Shown: positions 1-13,561 of the stretch, in pieces
Layout: each line of letters starts with the position of its first letter
How positions within the stretch are numbered: the first letter of the stretch is position 1
Position numbers and translations under genes: made by a program
The notes under the pieces: model-generated
What the model saw: only the letters and a program-made list of their open reading frames with translations
What the model was told of the DNA's origin: nothing
Databases searched by the model: none
DNA from: the human T2T-CHM13v2.0 reference genome, Homo sapiens
Strand: one strand, 5' to 3'
Assembly: GCF_009914755.1 (NCBI RefSeq)
Contig: NC_060947.1
DNA length: 64,000 nucleotides

Positions 1-886
1 TGGGGAGACAGACACATAAACAAGTTACCCAAACACTGGAGCAGATGAAAGAAGTCCATCATGGAAACACACACCACTTACTGTGAGAGCACCCAAACTC
101 CACGGCTCATATAATCTACAGAGAAAATGTTCCCCTAAGTGAACAACCACCCAAAGAGAGCAAAGTAAACAACTTTAATTACAAAACAGAAACTGTCAGG
201 CATCTGTTAGGTTCAAGGGGCCTTTCCAATGGATAAACAGTTATAAAATCATGGGTTCATATATGTAGTTATCCAACTCAAGAGACCAAGAGACTGAGGA
301 TGATACCATCCTGCCAACCTTCAGTTCAACAACTCAGAGTGAAAATAATAATAATAAAATTAAAAATCGGCTTTAAGAGGTAAAGCATGCTAAGAGAAAT
401 AAGGCAGACACAACAGGATAAATATCCTATGATTCCATTTGTATGAGGTTCTCAGAGTACTCGAATTCATAGAGAAGGAAATTAGAATGATGGTTGTGGA
501 ATGGGGGGAATCAATTAATAATTACATTGATTTTCTTTACAAGAGTCCCTATAAGTAGGCATATTGAGATCCTTAGGCCTCTAGAGACACAGAGTCAAAT
601 GTTTCACACTTTTAAATTATTTATGCTTATAATATCCACCTTTAGGGATTTCTTGCAAAAAAAAAAAAAAGTCTTATCCTGCAAAAAGGTTATTTCTACA
701 GTCAAATTCATAAAAACCGAAAGTAGACTGGTGGTTGCCGGGGGCTGAGGGAGGGGGAAATGAGAAGTTGTTATTTCATGAGTATGGAGTTTTAGTTTGG
801 TAAGATGAAAAAGTTCCGGAGATCTGTTGCACAACAATGTGAATATACTTAACACTACTTAACTATACACTCAAAAATAGCTCTCA

Positions 887-1297
887 CGCTGGGCGCGGTG
901 GCTCACCAGTTGCATTTCCAACAACGTCTCAGGTGATCTGAGGCTGCAGGGTCCATAAACCACACTTTGAGTAGCAAGAGTCTAACCAACTAAATTGTGA
1001 ATACTGAAGCTCAGTAATCCCAGCACTTTGGGAGGCCCAGGTGAGTGGATCACTTGAGGTCAGGAGTTTGAGACCAGCCTGGCCAATGTGGTGAAACCCC
1101 ATCTCTACTAAAAATACAAAAATTAGCCTGGCATGGTGGTGTGTGCCTGTAATCCCAACTACTCGGGAGGCTGAGGCAGGAGAAAGAATTGCTTGAACCC
1201 AGGAGGCAGAGGTTGCAGTGAGCCAAGATCGCACCACTGCACTCCAGCCTGGGTGACAGAATGAGACTCCATCAAAAAAAAAAAAAAAAAAAAAAAG
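887..1297 (+). mobile_element. AluS interrupted at 907..1013 by a foreign insert
   Basis: gctgggcgcggtggctcac at the start; resumes gtaatcccagcactttggg at 1014; A-tail; degenerate TSD aaaaatagctctca / aaaaaaggctttca. Confidence 0.9.
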
Positions 1298-1314
1298 GCT
1301 TTCATGGTAAATTT

Positions 1315-1403
1315 TTAATTTTTAAATTATTTATTTATTTATTCTTAGAGACAGGGTCTCACTCTGTCACCCAGGCTGGGCTGCAATGATGTGATCATAG
1401 CTC
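1315..1403 (-). mobile_element. 5'-truncated AluJ/FLAM fragment
   Basis: T-rich tail then gagacagggtctcactctgtcacccaggctgg; flanking direct repeat tggtaaatttt. Confidence 0.75.
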
Positions 1404-1888
1404 TCAGTGGTAAATTTTATGTTTTGTGTGTGTGTGTATGGTGTGATTTTTTTACCACAATAAAAAATAAAAATGTTACTTTTATAATAAAAGAAAAGCT
1501 GTTTATTAGAAAGAAGTAATAGTCATAAAACACTAACTTTCTTCAACATATTTCAATGATATTTCTTCAAATTAAATTTCCAAACAGACAACTGTAATAA
1601 AAATTTTGAACCAGGGTGTTTTTGTTGGTGAGGAAAAGTTTTAGAGTTGTCGATCAGATGATATCCCAGGAAGACATAAGGCAATCTAATCAACTGTGCT
1701 TATTTCTCCTATTTTATACAACTTAAGTGACATGGAGGCACCTGCTCATTTCACCTTCCACACTGAGAACACTGCTCTCAGCTCATGTCCAGTAATCTCC
1801 TTCTTCCCGTCATTCTCTCACTCTAGCACTGAGCACTAATCAACTCTCATAATATGTGATCAGGTTATGTATGGTACAGATTCCCTAG

Positions 1889-2448
1889 TTAAGAGTATCA
1901 GAATATGCCATCCCAAAATATGCTACTTTGGCATAAGGATTATTTTGAGCTGAGAGCAATTGAGAAGCAGTAGATGCAGGAAGAACTCTCTGCCTTCCCC
2001 ATTTCTGCTTAAAAGCAGACATAAATTTCCCCTTTGTAAAGGCAATGTAAGTTTCCATTTGTAAAAAGGTTCCCTTCTTCCATACCAGGAAGAGAAAAAT
2101 AACTCATATTATCCGCATAACAAGCCTTAGTAAACAAGCCTTATCTACCATACATTTCTAGGTCACTTTCCCACAATTTACTGCCCGGAGCCCAAAACCC
2201 CCTTTTCTTTGTCTATTCTCCTCTCCACAATGTATTGCCCTTCATTAAAATGGTATATAAACTTCTAGGTCTAACCACTTCTTTGAGTTTTTATTTCTTT
2301 TCTGTGAAGTCCCTGTGCATGTGAAATTATTATCATCAAATAAGCTTTGTTTGCCTTGTTTTCCTGTTAATGTCTTTTGTGCATTAAATTTATAGGCCCC
2401 AATAACAGAACCCTGCAAGGGTAAAAGGAAAGCTTTTCCATTGCTATA
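1889..2448 (+). mobile_element. ERV1 solo LTR, MER34-family-like
   Basis: cagaatatgccatcccaaaatatgctactttggcataaggattattttgagctga start; internal tatataa; 4-bp TSD ctag on both sides. Confidence 0.75.
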
Positions 2449-3465
2449 CTAGTGTATTTACCTAGATATTTTATATATGACAAAGAAAACTAGTATCAAT
2501 ACAAACCAGTAAAATGTGAAGATGAATATTTACGTGCTTTCAAGAGAATATAGTTACATCTCGTTTGAGAGATTGCCCAGCCTCTCAAAACCTGACTTCC
2601 CTCTTTTTTCTCTTCCTCATGGCCACACTACCAAAAGAAAGGAGAACCATACCCGGAATGAAATTTCTCCCTTTCCACACTTTCCTCAAGTAACATGCAG
2701 TCTGCCCCCTGTCTTCCAGGCTTTCCTAAGACTCCTCTTTCAAAGTCTCCAAGGACATCAAGGCCCATTCTATGGTCCCCACATCTTATTAGCCACAGGA
2801 CTTTGAGAGGGTCACTCTGTCCAGCATTTTGCATAATAATCAAGGAAAGTGAATACTTTCCATTCCCATCTCAGAAAGATGCTTTAAAAGCAAATGGTAT
2901 TCATTTATGTGACAATTCTTTGCAAACTGTAAATCCTAACCAAATGTAAGATATTAAGATAATGACCAAAGATCAAGCCAAAGTTACTATCAACATATTT
3001 GGGGAGAAATCCAGAAGTAATAAAAATGTCAAATTACTCCTAATGTAAGATAAGGAAGTGAAAGAATCACACTGATTGGGGGTACACTTCTGAGAGCACA
3101 GAATTTAAGATTTCTGATTCAGATGACTGAATTTATATCCAATCCACTCCCCACACAGCACTCCATCACCCAAACGAACCCTTCGCAAGCACGGGGTCAG
3201 GCACATGGATGGCATATATTTAAAACTTAACAAATGAAAAGTGAGCTAAGAAGGAGGAATGGGGGTAATGAGTTTCCAAGACTCAATAATTTCAGGCTCT
3301 ACCTGCAAAAAATATGTAAGCAAAAAACTACAAGTCATGGCTAACAGGCAGGAAGGATTAATCAATTGGTCCTGGGACTAAAGGAAGATAAATGTCAGAG
3401 AAAGCTACAGAGAAGAAAAAAAAAAAAAGTAAGATCTGGCTTTTTTCGGAAAACGAGAATTTCAC

Positions 3466-3495
3466 CACACACACACACACACACACACATACACA
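3466..3495. repeat. (CA)n microsatellite
   Basis: Directly visible. Confidence 0.95.
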
Positions 3496-3599
3496 AAAGG
3501 GACTGGAGCAACAGGTAATGTAATAAGTGTAAAGAGAACAACAAAGAGATTTAACACATGCTATATGGCTGTTCAAGACCCGTGGGATGCATTAAGCCG

Positions 3600-3790
3600 T
3601 TTAATCATCACAAGAATCTATACAGTGGCCCCTACTATTATCTGCCCCATTTTTCTTCAGATGACAAAATCGAGGTACACAAAACAAAATCACTTGCTCA
3701 AGATCACATAGCCCCTAAGTAGAGAGGCCATAATGTGCTGATTAATTCCTGAACTGAATTTTAGTAGTCACAGGCTTGCCACTTGCTCTT
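3600..3790 (-). mobile_element. MIR fragment
   Basis: ccccattt..cagatga.aaaatcgagg...cacttgctcaagatcacatagc is the reverse complement of the MIR core. Confidence 0.7.
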
Positions 3791-4029
3791 CATCCCCACG
3801 CTGTATTACCTCTCCAAAGTACTACAAGCAAAAGCAAAGAGGTATGAAAGAATGTGGCATGCTGAGGAGTCTGGGAAAATTGTCTAATGAGAAAGAAAAA
3901 AATGAACCCTGAGAAAATACACACACACAAAAAAAAGCAGAGTCATCTGGAAAGTTAGATGGAGACTCAATATAAAGGATGCTGAAAAATGTGCCAAAAA
4001 TTTGATGTGATCCTGTAGGTTAGGGCTAC

Positions 4030-4186
4030 CACGGACCATCATCTACTGGAATCCTCTTAGAAATGCAGACTCTCAGGCCCCAGCCCAGACACACCACATC
4101 AGAATCTATGGAGGTGGGGCCCGGGAATCTGCATTTGAGCAAGCCCGCCACGGGATTCTTGAGCATGCTAAAGTTTGAGAAGCACA
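4030..4186. mobile_element. MER5-family (hAT-Charlie) fossil
   Basis: ttagaaatgcagactctcaggcccca...ggggcccgggaatctgcattt...gtttgagaagcac. Confidence 0.75.
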
Positions 4187-6544
4187 AACTTTAAGACCTT
4201 GGGATCTGTGAAGAGCAAAAATGGAGAGAAAAATTGGGGCTATGGGATTACCACATTTTAGGGATAGTAAATGCTTCAGTGATATCAGAGGGGATAGCAA
4301 AACAGTTTGAGAGATTTATCAGAAGGACTTTGCAGGCAGCTAGATAGAAAAGTAAAGGACGAGGAGCGATGAAGGAGGATTTTGAGTTTTTTAGCTTGGG
4401 TGCTTAAGATATATTAATCTTTTAATTAATATTAATAATTCCAGAGAGATATACAGGTTTGGGGAGCACTAGTAAGTAACTCGGCCCAGGTGATGGAGCT
4501 AGTGAATCCCTTCAGCCTTTAACACTGGTGCCCAAAGACCAAACTCTATTGTGCCTCTCACTCAAACGGCAGAAGATGTCCATTTAAATCAGGACACATC
4601 AATGTCAAGGATTTAGATAGGATCTTAAATCAGAAATAGCCAGTAAAAAGTTGAATCTAGAAGGACAGGAATACTGCAACGGTCTACATGTGTTACAGAA
4701 ACAAGGCAAGTAAAGAAGAGGTATTTCCTTGGCCAAAAATAGAATTCTTGCTCTGCCTCCCAAATATCAGAGAGCAACGCCATTGCCCCCATTTCCTTTA
4801 GATTATGGTGATTGTGAAAGAGAGGCTTCAATTCTATTCTTTAAATCATCTTAGGGCTTGATTTATGCTGCTGCTGCGAATGCATGACTGACATTATCCT
4901 GCAAGTCCAAACAGAATGCAGGCAAACTAGTGTTGCCTTTGTCCGGATCAGGAGGTAACCTCTCAGCAGAGTGACAGCTAATGTTATAACACTGGAGGTT
5001 TCAGCACGGTGCACGCAAAGGCTGGGAGATGTCACCCTTCTGATCTATGCTACTTTTTCCTGACAAATACTATGCTAGGACTGCGCAGAAAATGATTCAG
5101 AAGAAATATAGAAAATCCTCCCCATGTACTTATTCTATCTGAGCTCATGTCTGCTTATAACATGGCCATTACCAACCAGAAAACAAAAGTTCTAAGGAAG
5201 GTTATTGCCTTTCTGCCTCAAAACAAACTAGGGAGACAGGCAGAGGATGCACAGGATGCATGTGGGGAATAGGGCAACATTCAGAAACGTGAAAACACAG
5301 CAGACAATTGCACTTGTGGCAAATTTGCCTTGGGTCTTGGAACTGCTATCTTTGAAGGGCCTTCACAACAGGGCTTCCCGGTCATCAGGGGACTTTTTGG
5401 TGCTGCTTCATCCAAGAGGGCTAAGATTTACAGTTGATTAGCCTGCATAGTTCAGTTGCTTTTTCAAAAGATTCTAGGAAGGGATTATTTCTGTGCCCAA
5501 AGAGCCCCTAGAGAATAGAGAAGGCTGCTTGCCGGCCGTAATGTGAATTCCCCAGAGTCGGTACACTGTGCTCACTGAAGCAGATGAAGTAAAGTTAAAG
5601 AAGCATTTAGTTCTTCAGAATGCCAGCCTTAATAAGTATCTTTTTGTGGAAGGATTTAGGAGGAGGGGAGGGTTATCCTTAGTGCAGGCATTATTTCCTC
5701 ATACAAAAAGGGAAAATGTGCATACAGTTGGATGTAAAAAGCCAACCTCGAATGCCTGCCCCCCACCCCCCGCCTTCCCCGAGGAAAAGTTGCTGAACAC
5801 ACACTCCCAAACACGAAAGCATGAATCTTCACAGCTTAATAGTCCCGAAGCCATTGTGAAGTTTCTCTTGGGAAACACTGTTCATTCATCTGCGACTGAC
5901 CAAGTTCAACCATTCAGCTGTGAGAACTCGGAGACTTGCAGCCATCAAAAGACCCACCTTCCTCAGCAAGCGGAAGCCAGAGGAGCTGCGTCCCCAAGGA
6001 AGATCTCGGGAACTCGCTTCTCCTCTCCACAAGGATCCGTTCCAGCCCCACAAGAGAAGTCTGCAGAAGGCTGAATCTGGGTGCATCTGCAGGCAGCTCA
6101 ACTCTTAAATGATCTCTGCTTGCACAGTTCAGGGGTTGTCCTGGCCCCTGCGGCTCTCACAGTTCTCCCTGCAAACAGTGCTCCTTATGTGGAATTTGAC
6201 ACAGAATTAGTCACTTGCAATGAGTTAAAATGAGTATGATTTAATTAGACAGTTTCGCATAAGCCCAATTTTCTAACCAACAGCAACATTTTCCTATTTA
6301 AACCCTGCGTTTTCTTCAACCTGTCATCACACAGGAATATACACATTGACACCAACTGAGCTATTGCTATTAATATAATGAACACAGTATCGACAGAGTG
6401 GCCATTCCATTATCGTTAAATAAGCCAGAAGCCATTCATTATACCTCTCTGTGCTTAAAATTTTCAGCTGGGGCTCCTATAACTTAAGGCAGAGAGAAAG
6501 TCTTTCATGGAAACCAACATAAACATTTGCCACCCATAAGAATA

Positions 6545-6706
6545 GAGAGAAAAAGGGACAGAGAGGGAGGGAGGGAACAATTGAACAGAAAAAAGAAAAG
6601 AAGAGAAGAGAAGAGAAAGAGAAAGAAAGAGAAAGAGAGAGAAAGAGAGGAGAAGGGGAAGAAAGAAAGAAGGAAGGAAGGAAGGAAGGAAAGAAAGAGA
6701 AAGAAA

Positions 6707-6768
<62 letters not shown>

Positions 6769-6846
6769 AAAAGAAAGGAAGGAAGGAGGGAGGAAGGGAA
6801 GGAAGGAAGGAAAAAGAAAGGCAGGAGGGAAGAAGAGAAAGAAAGA
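6545..6846 (+). repeat. Polypurine low-complexity tract with (GAAA)n and (GGAA)n arrays
   Basis: About 300 nt almost entirely A/G. Confidence 0.97.
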
Positions 6847-7781
6847 GTGCACGAGCAAGATTTACAAAGTGCACACTTTAAGTCATTTTCCCCCACACAA
6901 ATGGAAAATGAACTTACCCACATTGGTAGCTATGCTCTGAAAAGACCCAGTTGAGAGAAGTCCTTTCTTTATTGTGTAGTTTTAAAGACGATTCTTTGAC
7001 CTCTGCTATTTATGACTTGAGATCTGTGAAGGCAGGGCCAAACCCCTCTGGCTCCCATGGCCCACACAAACAAAAGCGCCCCACCTTTGTTCCACTACCA
7101 CATTTCCCATCAGGACAAGTTTCTACCGCACTCCCTGTTTTCATAATTTAAGTTGTGTTCTCTTAAATTTTTCTTGCTCAGTTACAGCCATTACCTAATT
7201 TACAAGAGGCTCCCATTGCTCTTTTCCAGTAAATCTTTTCCCATAATCATCACTTCTCAGCTGAAAGAACTTTGGTATGAATATAGATGTCTTGTCACTT
7301 CATTTTGTTTAACCATGAAATTCTGGATAAAAGGGTTCAAGAGACTAAACAACTCATCTGGCAACATGCGCAGCCACAGTATGATATCCTTCTACCGATT
7401 TATTATTTTATGGATGTGTGCATTTATCTATGGCCTTTCTCACTCTTAAAATAATTCAAGACAATTTACAAAGCTACATATGATTACAGCTGGAAAGCAC
7501 ATCTTAAGTGAGTGAAAAAAAAATGAGATAAAGGGAAATTAAAATGGGGAGAAAATAAATACTGTCAAGGATAAAGCAAGTTTCCTAAATACATATGATC
7601 AATTTCAGCACACTTGTTAAAGACAGGCTGTTTGATTTAAGTTTTAGCTTTCTAAAGACCAATTGTAAGAGGAAAACACTATTAACTGCAAAATCCACAG
7701 TATCCATAGGCCAAAAGTATCTACCCATTTCTCAAGGAGGCACAATTAGTACTGATAATGCAATCAGAATGAATGTCTCTA

Positions 7782-8073
<292 letters not shown>

Positions 8074-8702
8074 TTAAATAATTAATTAATTAATATCTCT
8101 CCAAGTTTCCTCCCCAAAATGGCATGACATAAGAGACCAATGTCCTCAACAACTTTCTTAGAGCAGCCCCAACGACTAGGTTTGTAGGACAATTTCTGAG
8201 GTTATCATCCATATTGCATTGCAGCAACTTACCATTCAGCAAAAGCCATTTGTTAAAGGAAGATTTGAAATGGCAAAGACATAGCTTAGCCGTGTAATCA
8301 AGGCATAGATTCTAGAGCACCTGGAAGTGATACATCCATCAGGCAGGTATAAATACTGTCTCTCTCCAGTGGCTTTTGGTACCACCAGGATACGATGAGT
8401 TTCATATTCTACTACTTGGAAAGTTCCAGATGCCTGGTGGCTTTGCTTATACTTCATTGTCACTTCATAGCTAGCAAAACTTTCATTAGCTCTGACATTC
8501 ACTGTGAAATTAAAGGTCCTAACAGACATTTGTCTAAAATAAATAAATAAATAAATAAATACATAAATATTAAAAAAAAAAGCAACCCACTTCCTGCATA
8601 GATATGCATCAAATAGGGAGAAGGGAGTATCTGACAAAAATCCTCCTCAGAAAACGTGATTTCATTTTCCAACCCAGAAGAAAACAGAAGGTGTAATCCA
8701 GT

Positions 8703-8704
<2 letters not shown>

Positions 8705-8740
<36 letters not shown>
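8705..8740. repeat. (CA)n microsatellite
   Basis: About 18 perfect units. Confidence 0.95.
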
Positions 8741-8742
<2 letters not shown>

Positions 8743-10525
8743 ATTACCCAAAGAACATCATGTTTTGAGTAGTGAATCTTACAAGGATATTCTTAGACCT
8801 AAATTAGTTGGAAAATAAATATGCCAAGGTGGTTGAATGTCATTATTTATGGGGCAAGGCAGGTTCTTCCCCATTGAATAGATAAAAGATCTCTTGAGAA
8901 AGGCAAATTGTTTTAGTTTCAAACAATTAGTCTATATTCTCTTTTTCAGGCAAGTGAGACAGCAAGAGTTTCTATGTTCACCCAGTTGGTAAAAATCGAG
9001 TTTAAATTAAAACCTCCATTTATTTTCCTACAATGACTGCTCTTTCAGAAACACAGAGAAATGAAAAGTTTCCAAAGTAGACTACGCACAAACACAAATT
9101 AGGTTTTCTAAGAGGAACTCCTATGTGTGATTCGGGAGACAAGTAGACTTGAACCTCATTCCAACGATTACGTATAAGGTGGAGTCAAAATTATGAACAT
9201 AGAAAAGCAAATGTGGACCCCCCTTAAATTCAAGTGAGAGTTTTCTACCCCAGTAGAGAATATTTTGACAGTGACTGTCACGGCAGAGATAAAGCAACAT
9301 GATACAATCTCATGTTCAATGCCCACAAATGCTGATCTACCAGAGACTGAAATCCAATTCTGTCTCCTTTCTCAAATATAAGGGTCCCCAAACTTCAATC
9401 AGCATTGGTGCATTTTTCCAGTTGCCAGAATAAACCTCAACATCTTCAAACAAGCGGTGCTCATCCCTGCTCTGCGTGCTTTCTGATGAACACATTACAA
9501 CTTCAAAACATCTGTCAGACTGTAATCACCATGTAATGCATCTTGACTCAGATGGTTTTCATATGTTCAAAACAGATTCCCTTTCTAAAGGCAGCTTTAT
9601 GGAACTCGTCTTCAACTGTGAACCAAATAAGAGATTTCGTTTGCATTTTCTTTCATCAGATGGAAGAAGAAATTAATCGTAAGAGATTAGGGAAAGACTT
9701 ACACGGAGGTGCATTTCCCCTTCCGCATGTTTTTCCTTTGAAGTTTATAGCAGGTGGAAGAGTCTTTCACACCCGTAAAATTGACATGGAAAAGCAGAAA
9801 CACACTGAGCTATTAACTTGTCACATATTGGATTTAAATCTAAATAGGAACCCGTTCTTTCCCTTATATATTGATTGTGTACCAGCTTAGCAGGAAGCTT
9901 TGCATGTTCTTTCAGCAGACAGGCTAGTTTCTAGGCTAAAATAACCTGGAATGTTTCAGCTACCACAGGCTAATGATCACCCAAATGCACACTAATATGT
10001 TTGATAAAAGTTCTCAGCGTGAGGGCAGAAAACGCTTACCATGAGAATGACAGTGGTCAGGGGAAGCAAATCAGTGACACCAACTCATGCCGCCTTCAAT
10101 GCTGGAGGCTCCAATTAGAACTGTGAGTCTGCATTCCAGGGGGCAGTGACAGATGGAAGTTTGCAGCAAATCTCTAATTGTTTAAATCATTAACTCATCC
10201 ATCCACCTGCATTATCACTAGAAGGGACCCTGCTGGAAGCCTTCAGTGGTTTCTCAAAAATCTCAGGACTATTTCCTGGCCATTTAAGAAATGGTGTTTT
10301 GAAACTAGTTGTTTATGTAGCTATTTGTGAGTTCTTTTTTTATCTTTTTCCCAGGCTCTCATTTTTTTCTCTTCTTTTTTCTTTCCATTTCTGCCTTTGC
10401 ATCAGAGATGATAGCCACTTTAATGTCCTTCTAGAGCAACAATGGATGAATTACTTATAAATCATGCCACACGTCCAGCCCTAACTTAATTTTCAATTCC
10501 ATCAACTCCCTTAAGACAGACTTCA

Positions 10526-10929
10526 GGCCGGTCTCCGTGGCTCATGCTTGTAATCCCAGCACTTTGGAAAGGCCGAGGTGTACAAGTGGCTTGAGCTCAG
10601 GAGTTCAAACCAGCCTGGACAACATAGTGAGATCTTGTCTCTACAAATAATAATAATAATAATAATAAATTACCCAGGCATGGTGGCACATGCCTGTAGT
10701 CCCAGCCACTCAGGAGGCTAAGGCAAGAGGATTACTTGAGCCTGTGAAGTCAAGGATCCAGTGAGCCGAGATGGTGCCACTGCACTTCAGCCTGGGCAAC
10801 AGAGCAAGACCCTGTTGTCACACACATCCGTGTGAAGAAACTACCAAACAGGTTCTGTGTGAGCAATAAAGCTTTAAAAAAAAAACAAAAAAAAAAAAGA
10901 GAGAGAGAGAGAAAGAGAGAGAGACTTCA
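10526..10929 (+). mobile_element. AluJ with (TAA)n linker, LTR7 insert and A/(GA)n tail
   Basis: J-type bases (ttgagctcaggag, aacatagtgaga, ggattacttgagcc); TSD aga(c/g)agacttca at 10514..10525 and 10918..10929. Confidence 0.88.
10816..10877 (-). mobile_element. HERV-H LTR7-family 3'-terminal (U5) fragment
   Basis: Reverse complement aaagctttattgctcacacagaacctgtttggtagtttcttcacacggatgtgtgtgaca closely matches the recalled LTR7 end AAAGCTTTATTGCTCACACAAAGCCTGTTTGGTGGTCTCTTCACACGGACGCGCGTGACA. Confidence 0.85.
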
Positions 10930-12176
10930 TGTCTTACTAAGCACAAAACGCCAAGGCTACTTATAATTATCTTGTGGCATCATGCTATAGGACAGTTGGA
11001 GAAATTTACATCCAGTGGTTTATATTAATCATGCTAATATAATATTGTACATAAGATGGCTTTTTCAAAAGAACACTAGTTGAAACCTCACACACACTAA
11101 CAATTTCTTTTCGCATGCATTCTACACAAATGTTAAGACCAAAATGTTGGTTTAAGGAAATAATAGAATATTTCTCTTATCTCTTCTAATGTTTATTCTC
11201 ACATCATATTTATTTTCTCCTGAAAAATAAAGACATGATCTCATGTAAGTAAAGACATGTACTTGTGGAAATAATAACATTAATATCCAAAATGAAGGGG
11301 AATTAATTATACCCGACTTGAGACATTTTCTGCACAAATCTCTCTCTTTGAATTACACAAGCCTGCACTTCTCCTGAAATCATTGTCAAACGTGATTTGG
11401 CTGTGAAGTCATTGTTTGCTCCAAAGGAGATCAATAAGTTGGACAACAGATGCTTGGTGAACAGCAACATTATTCTTGAAATGTATCATATATAAAGTCA
11501 AGAGATATTGTATAAGCATCAGTAAGTATTGCAACAGGTCTAAAGTATCTAAACATTTAAAATTTTGATCCACTACATATTAGAATTGCAATCAGATAAA
11601 AAACGTTCACCTTTGGTTCTTGGGTACTGGGGCATGGTGCATTTTCATGTATGTCTGAGTTTTCATTTTGCTCCTAAGAAATGTCTTCCTTGGGCTCTAT
11701 GGATTTACAGTCATTACCACATAAATCACAGAAAGCATCTCATACAAAACAAAAATTTCCACAGTCATATTCAGATGTGTTTCAGAGGTTTGGCCCTCAC
11801 TCGATAAATTTCACAGATGGCAAATGAAGCTGTCCAGATTTTTACACAAGCAAAACCAATCTTCCTCACCTCTAAACGTGGTTCTGAATAAAGCTGGAAA
11901 ATCACTAACAGTTAGGAGTTGTACCCTTATAAGAACTGAACTCCCACTGAGATTAAAGCTGTAAGCCAAGGCACCAAGACTGGGCCCTAAATTACCACTT
12001 TTCAACACATACACTCCAAACCAAATGGGGAACAAAAGTCAAGCCAGTGAGTTCTGGCACTCAAAGGCAGAAAGATAAGCATGCAGGCTCCCCACAGATA
12101 GGTGGTTGTTACTAAGTGGCATGCCATTGTTTGTTAGATGCAAGGTTTTGAAACATAACTCTGAGCTGAAAGTTAA

Positions 12177-12448
<272 letters not shown>

Positions 12449-12567
12449 GAGAAATATTTTATAAAGTGAAGACAAGACTCATGCAAATATCAGATGGAAA
12501 TGTACCAAAGATTTTATTTAACTCAAGAAATAGTCATATGTTACATTTGATTCAAAGGAAAAATCCC

Positions 12568-12658
12568 ATAGATAAATAGACAATAGACAGATAAATGATA
12601 GACAGATTAAGATGGATGGATGGATGGATGGATGGATGGACGGATGGATGGATGGATG
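12568..12658. repeat. (GATA/GACA)n followed by (GGAT)n microsatellite
   Basis: Directly visible. Confidence 0.9.
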
Positions 12659-13190
12659 AATAGGGTCAATAAGGAATGCTGGTGCTGAAATGGATTTACA
12701 AATATATGCAAAATGTTGTATTCCTGGATGAAGCATCAAGTGCATTCCACTAGACAAAATGTATTTGCATTTTCATGGACAAGAGTTATTTTCATTATCA
12801 ATTTTCTACCATTTGCAGAGTGGGAAAATAGTTCAAAGCACTGAACACTGGACAGAACTTGGAGAAGTGCAATACAGAGAAAAATAATCTTTACTTTTGC
12901 CAATTTTCAAATCTTTCACAATTTTTCTTGACTCTGATCATCACATTTTAACACTGGATTTTCAAAAATTAGCTGTGATTTATTTGAAGTTTTTTTTTCA
13001 CTATTGTTTACTATTCATTATTTCAAATCCCTGCAGTTTGACAAACAATGTTCTATAAGCTATGTCAGAAACTGTCCATTTTTGTTTGACTTTAAATATT
13101 TTAAGATATGTCTTTGTATTGTCAGAAGAATGCATTTTTATTGTTTTGTTTGGGTTTAGTTTTGTCTGTGTGAATGTAATGTCATAGAAG

Positions 13191-13520
13191 AGGGGTTGAC
13201 AAACTACAGCAGCAGGCCAAATCCAGGTTGCCATCTGTTTTTGTAGAACCAGTAAGCTAAGAATGGTTCTTTCATTTTCAATGGTTGGAAAAAAAATAAG
13301 TAAAATATTATAATGTAAAAATTACAGGAAATTGAAATTTTACTATCTACAAAAAATGTTTTATTGGAACATAGCCACTCTTCTTGGTCTATGTATTTTC
13401 TACTATTGCTTTTGTGCTGCAACAACAGAGTTGAGTAGTTGCAACAGATACTTTATGGGCTGCAAAGACAAAGATGGTTACTATCTGGTGTTTTTTTAGA
13501 AGTCATTTGCTAACCCTTAT
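13191..13520. mobile_element. MER58 (MER58B-like) hAT fossil
   Basis: Termini aggggttgacaaact / tttgctaaccctt; internal ttttattggaacatagccac and gttgagtagttgcaacaga. Confidence 0.8.
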
Positions 13521-13561
13521 CCTAGAACACTGCATTTAATGAAAAGTTACATTGAAAAGGA

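Larger units (their letters stand above)
380..1475 (+). mobile_element. Old L1M (L1MB-like) 3' UTR fragments interrupted by Alu insertions
   Basis: Motifs tatgattccattt, gtggttgcc..gggg, gatgaaaaagttc..gagat and tggtaaattttatg...ttttaccacaataaaaaa. Confidence 0.75.

Noticed and set aside
5568-6074. 168-aa plus-strand ORF
   Set aside because: GTG start, no recognisable domain, no supporting promoter or splice structure.
6464-6940. ORFs of 117-148 aa rich in F/L/S or K/R/E
   Set aside because: Translations of the (GAAA)n/(GGAA)n tract.
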